DNA from: a virus | Lineage: Duplodnaviria; Heunggongvirae; Uroviricota; Caudoviricetes | IMG/VR virus record: IMGVR_UViG_3300032731_000668 | Coordinates: 128,001 to 168,212 of that record | Reading direction: 5' to 3' (one strand) | Length of the DNA: 40,212 nucleotides | In this document: in pieces, positions 37,386 through 40,212 of the stretch | Layout: every line of letters starts with the position of its first letter | How positions within the stretch are numbered: position 1 is the stretch's first letter | Notes under the pieces: model-generated | The model's database searches: none | Told to the model about the DNA's origin: nothing | The model's input: only the letters and a program-made list of their open reading frames with translations | Program-made: the position numbers and the translations under genes

Positions 37386-38822
37386 CTACGGTTTAATCAA
37401 CACCCAATAGGTTTTTCCTCTAAATGGTTTTTTCCCATCTTGGATGCTGGTCAATCTAAAAGGTAAATTGTCTTCTTCTAATATAGAGTTAATACAATTG
37501 ATTCCTCTGTGTCTAACATCGATATTTCTATGTAGATTGAATATGTTTGCAAAGAAGACATTTTTAAATTCCCTTTGTTCTTCCTTATATAGTCTTTTCC
37601 CCATATAAGATTCTAAAATATCTGATAAGTTTTTCTTTTCAAATACATCTTCTGCTTGCAAAAAATCATTTATTTCAAATAATTCTATGATATGAGACTT
37701 ATACCCTTCACTATTCTCCATCATTTTAGAAAATATGTTTTCAAGATATTTTGCATAATACATTTTTGCCCAATTGATTTTCCCGTCGTTCATAATAATA
37801 CTGTCTATTTGTTTTCGCGCATACTTTTCTTGAAATGATTCTTTTCCTAATTCTTGAAATTCTTCAACCAGTTTTAGTTTTTCTCTAACGTTTTTAAGGC
37901 GAGGATAGATATTTCTTCCGTTTTGATTCTTTATATATAAAGTTATTTGTTCATTATCAATAATTCTCTTTCTGCCTAAGCATTGAATAACGTCTATGGG
38001 ATCTATCATATCTATAATAATATGTTTCAATTCAGGCATTATGATGTTAACCCCATTATCTAATACTTTTGTGGAAAAAAGTATTCTACTGGAAAACTTG
38101 TTTTCAGAAACTATCTCTTTTATCGTTGCTTGAGAAGATCTGCGCCTGAAAGCATTGTTGCTGTTTGAACATATGAATTGTGAATCAAGTCTCTCCATAG
38201 AAAATTCAAATCCGTCTAAGGCATTACCAAAATACAATATTTTCTCATCTAAAGGTATATTATCAATTATATTATTGATTATTTCATTTTTATTATAAAA
38301 ATAAAGTTCTTTTATAAATGAATAATCTGGCTTCAAAATATAGGAGTGTTCAAATATTTTATTATATTTCAGAACTGCTTGTGGAGTTGCTGTAAGGAAG
38401 ATGCTTATTTTATCTTTTAAAGGAAATTTAACACTATCTAATAAAATATCGGTATTCCTATTGAAGGAACTATCTGACATCAGGTAATGTACTTCATCAA
38501 AACAAATATAATCATAGTTCGAAAAAAGATTCTTTATCTTATTCCCCATCAATACATTGGATTCTAACCCTTGATAATTCTTTAGAGTGATAATATCTAT
38601 TTTACTGTCTGATAATTCTGCTAGGTTTTGATTTTTTAATAGATTTCTATTACTCAGTAATAGAATTTTCTTATCTCTCTTTTGACAATAATCATACAGT
38701 ACGTCTTTAATGAACTGACTTTTTCCTGTACCTGTCTGACTATGGATGAGTATCCTGTCACCGTTTTCCCACAAAGCTATTTCTTTTTGATCTATAACGT
38801 CTGATATAAATTGTTTTGACAT
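37386..38822 (-). CDS. Superfamily 2 (DExH) helicase, candidate replication/origin-binding protein
   Basis: SQTGTGKS, DEVH, LTAT, STKVLDNGVN, QCLGRKR. Confidence 0.88.
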   Translation of the reverse strand: MSKQFISDVIDQKEIALWENGDRILIHSQTGTGKSQFIKDVLYDYCQKRDKKILLLSNRNLLKNQNLAELSDSKIDIITLKNYQGLESNVLMGNKIKNLFSNYDYICFDEVHYLMSDSSFNRNTDILLDSVKFPLKDKISIFLTATPQAVLKYNKIFEHSYILKPDYSFIKELYFYNKNEIINNIIDNIPLDEKILYFGNALDGFEFSMERLDSQFICSNSNNAFRRRSSQATIKEIVSENKFSSRILFSTKVLDNGVNIIMPELKHIIIDMIDPIDVIQCLGRKRIIDNEQITLYIKNQNGRNIYPRLKNVREKLKLVEEFQELGKESFQEKYARKQIDSIIMNDGKINWAKMYYAKYLENIFSKMMENSEGYKSHIIELFEINDFLQAEDVFEKKNLSDILESYMGKRLYKEEQREFKNVFFANIFNLHRNIDVRHRGINCINSILEEDNLPFRLTSIQDGKKPFRGKTYWVLIKP

Positions 38823-38834
38823 AAGTTTTATATA

Positions 38835-38863
38835 ATTATATCACATAACTGTCTTTAAGTCAA
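38835..38863 (-). promoter_or_regulatory. Sigma70/SigA-type promoter giving a near-leaderless helicase mRNA
   Basis: TTGACT-17 bp-TATAAT with TG; -10 ends 12 nt before ATG; no SD. Confidence 0.75.
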
Positions 38864-39021
38864 TAGGCTTTACCATAGGAATGTGCTTTTAAATCGGTAG
38901 CCGTGTGTATGTAATACATATATAATGTAAATTGCTTAAAAAATCACAATCTCTTCTTATATACTCGTTGTGGAAAAATATGCATTTTTAAGTTCTTTTG
39001 ATCTCTCCCTATAATGGTTTG

Positions 39022-39306
39022 AAGCTTTACCTTTGACTGTTTTAAACAATTACAATAACTAACGTTTAAAAAGGTAAAGGAAAACACTATCTTTTCTGGA
39101 AACGGTCGAGATGAATTTTTTAAAAAAAATTTTTAAATTTTTAAATGTTTTCACTTTTACATTTTTAAACATTATATTATTCTATATTTAAAGCGTTCAA
39201 AGTAAAAGCATTTTATTCTCTCCATAATGGCTTCTATATTGATGCTTTATTTTTTATTGTTAAACCTTTTAATATTGAAATTGTTTAAAACAATAAAGGT
39301 AAAACT
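39022..39306. repeat. Cluster of dyad repeats (copies B-D) in AT-rich non-coding region; candidate origin
   Basis: Units TTTAC..TTTAAAC-N-GTTTAA..(G)TAAA at 39022-39087 (+), 39154-39208 and ~39242-39306 (-). Confidence 0.6.
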
Positions 39307-40041
39307 GTAATAGCCTATAAACTATATCATTTGTAATGTTACTTGCCTTATAATCATATAATTTATTTTTTAAATATATTATTATTCAACACTATATTTA
39401 TGTCTTAAAAGTAGTGTCTAATCCTATCAATCATATTGTTAAAAGCATTAATTTATTGTATTACACATTAATTTTATAATAATAATAAAACATATAATAC
39501 CTCTTTTAAAGTATGATTCGTAAGATAATAAGGCATTTATTGTGTTATTGATGAAATAATATGGTTCTAAAACATTATGAATGATATATGTAGCATACAA
39601 TTATATAGGGGAAAAATTTATAGTTTAATGATTTTTTTTAATAATTTTAATAAAGTGTGTTTATATAATGGCTAAGCACGTTTTTCTCTGTCCCTGATTA
39701 TTCGAGTATGTAAAATGGGGGGATTGGTGCGTCAATCTCTGGGTTTATTATTATATATAGTTAGACAATCACGTTAAAAATGTTAAAAAATTTATGTATG
39801 AGTTATTAATAGATATGCTTAAAATCTTGTTTTTTTTGGTGGTTTCTCTCTCTTATAACATGCGGTTTTTTGTATCTCGATTATTATTAATATTTATCAT
39901 TATATATTATTATTATTTTTATTAATCAATAATTATTATTAATAATTGTTCAGTCAATCATTTATTTATTTTATTATTACCAGTCAATGACTGTTTATCT
40001 TTTAGAATCTTACGGCTGACTATAAAAATATATATGTGAGT

Positions 40042-40212
40042 GAAGGAACCTTCCAGCAGGCAAGCTTGAGAAGGAACCTTCCGGCAGGATAGCTTGAGAA
40101 GGAACCTTCCGGCAGGCAAGCTTGAGAAGGAACCTTCCAGCAGGCAAGCTTGAGAAGGAACCTTCCGGCAGGCAAGCTTGAGAAGGAACCTTCCAGCAGG
40201 CAAGCTTGAGAA
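40042..40212. repeat. 28-bp GC-rich tandem array (6 full copies, continues past edge)
   Basis: gaaggaaccttcc(a/g)gcaggcaagcttga at 40042, 40070, 40098, 40126, 40154, 40182; copy 2 has gat in place of gca. Confidence 0.95.

Noticed and set aside
1947-37396. Plus-strand ORFs and short nested minus-strand ORFs in the track
   Set aside because: They are antisense or alternate-frame shadows of longer motif-bearing genes or RNA elements
39958-40203. 81-aa ORF on the minus strand
   Set aside because: Just the translation of the 28-bp array cycling through frames; no RBS or coding features
40042-40212. CRISPR array
   Set aside because: Repeats are head-to-tail with no unique spacers, and no cas genes are in the window
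1-40212. Stop-codon reassignment or suppressor tRNAs
   Set aside because: Long genes are intact in the standard code and TAA, TAG and TGA all end genes; anticodons seen are UGU and CAU

Overview
A 40-kb segment of an AT-rich, SPbeta-like (siphovirus-type) phage genome with essentially every gene on the minus strand. In transcription order (right to left): a GC-rich 28-bp tandem array at the edge; a ~1.1-kb AT-rich non-coding region with dyad repeats (candidate origin); an SF2 helicase and an EndoVII-like nuclease; a YonO-like single-subunit RNA polymerase (DFDGD motif); an HU-like protein, a cold-shock protein, tRNA-Thr(UGU) and an RNase H-like exonuclease; then the morphogenesis module (putative TerS, TerL, portal, protease/scaffold, decoration, major capsid, head-tail and tail proteins, holin-like, RuvC-like resolvase, tyrosine recombinase) ending in a tape measure gene that runs off the left edge. 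Seven free-standing endonuclease genes are interspersed. Most notable: (1) four sequence-divergent copies of one RNA fold (three-way junction, UAG and purine-rich GA(U/A)AA-like linkers, loop pairing at or near the ribosome-binding site), each directly upstream of a homing-type endonuclease from three nuclease families; (2) a pervasive [S/T/x]-G-S / S-A-S motif in putative virion proteins; (3) a ~66-bp dyad repeat family bracketing the helicase plus nuclease pair, where the nuclease carries a copy of the helicase C-terminal domain; (4) a non-canonical tRNA(CAU)-like RNA with an adjacent structured region. All homology calls come from motifs and synteny read by eye; no searches were run.
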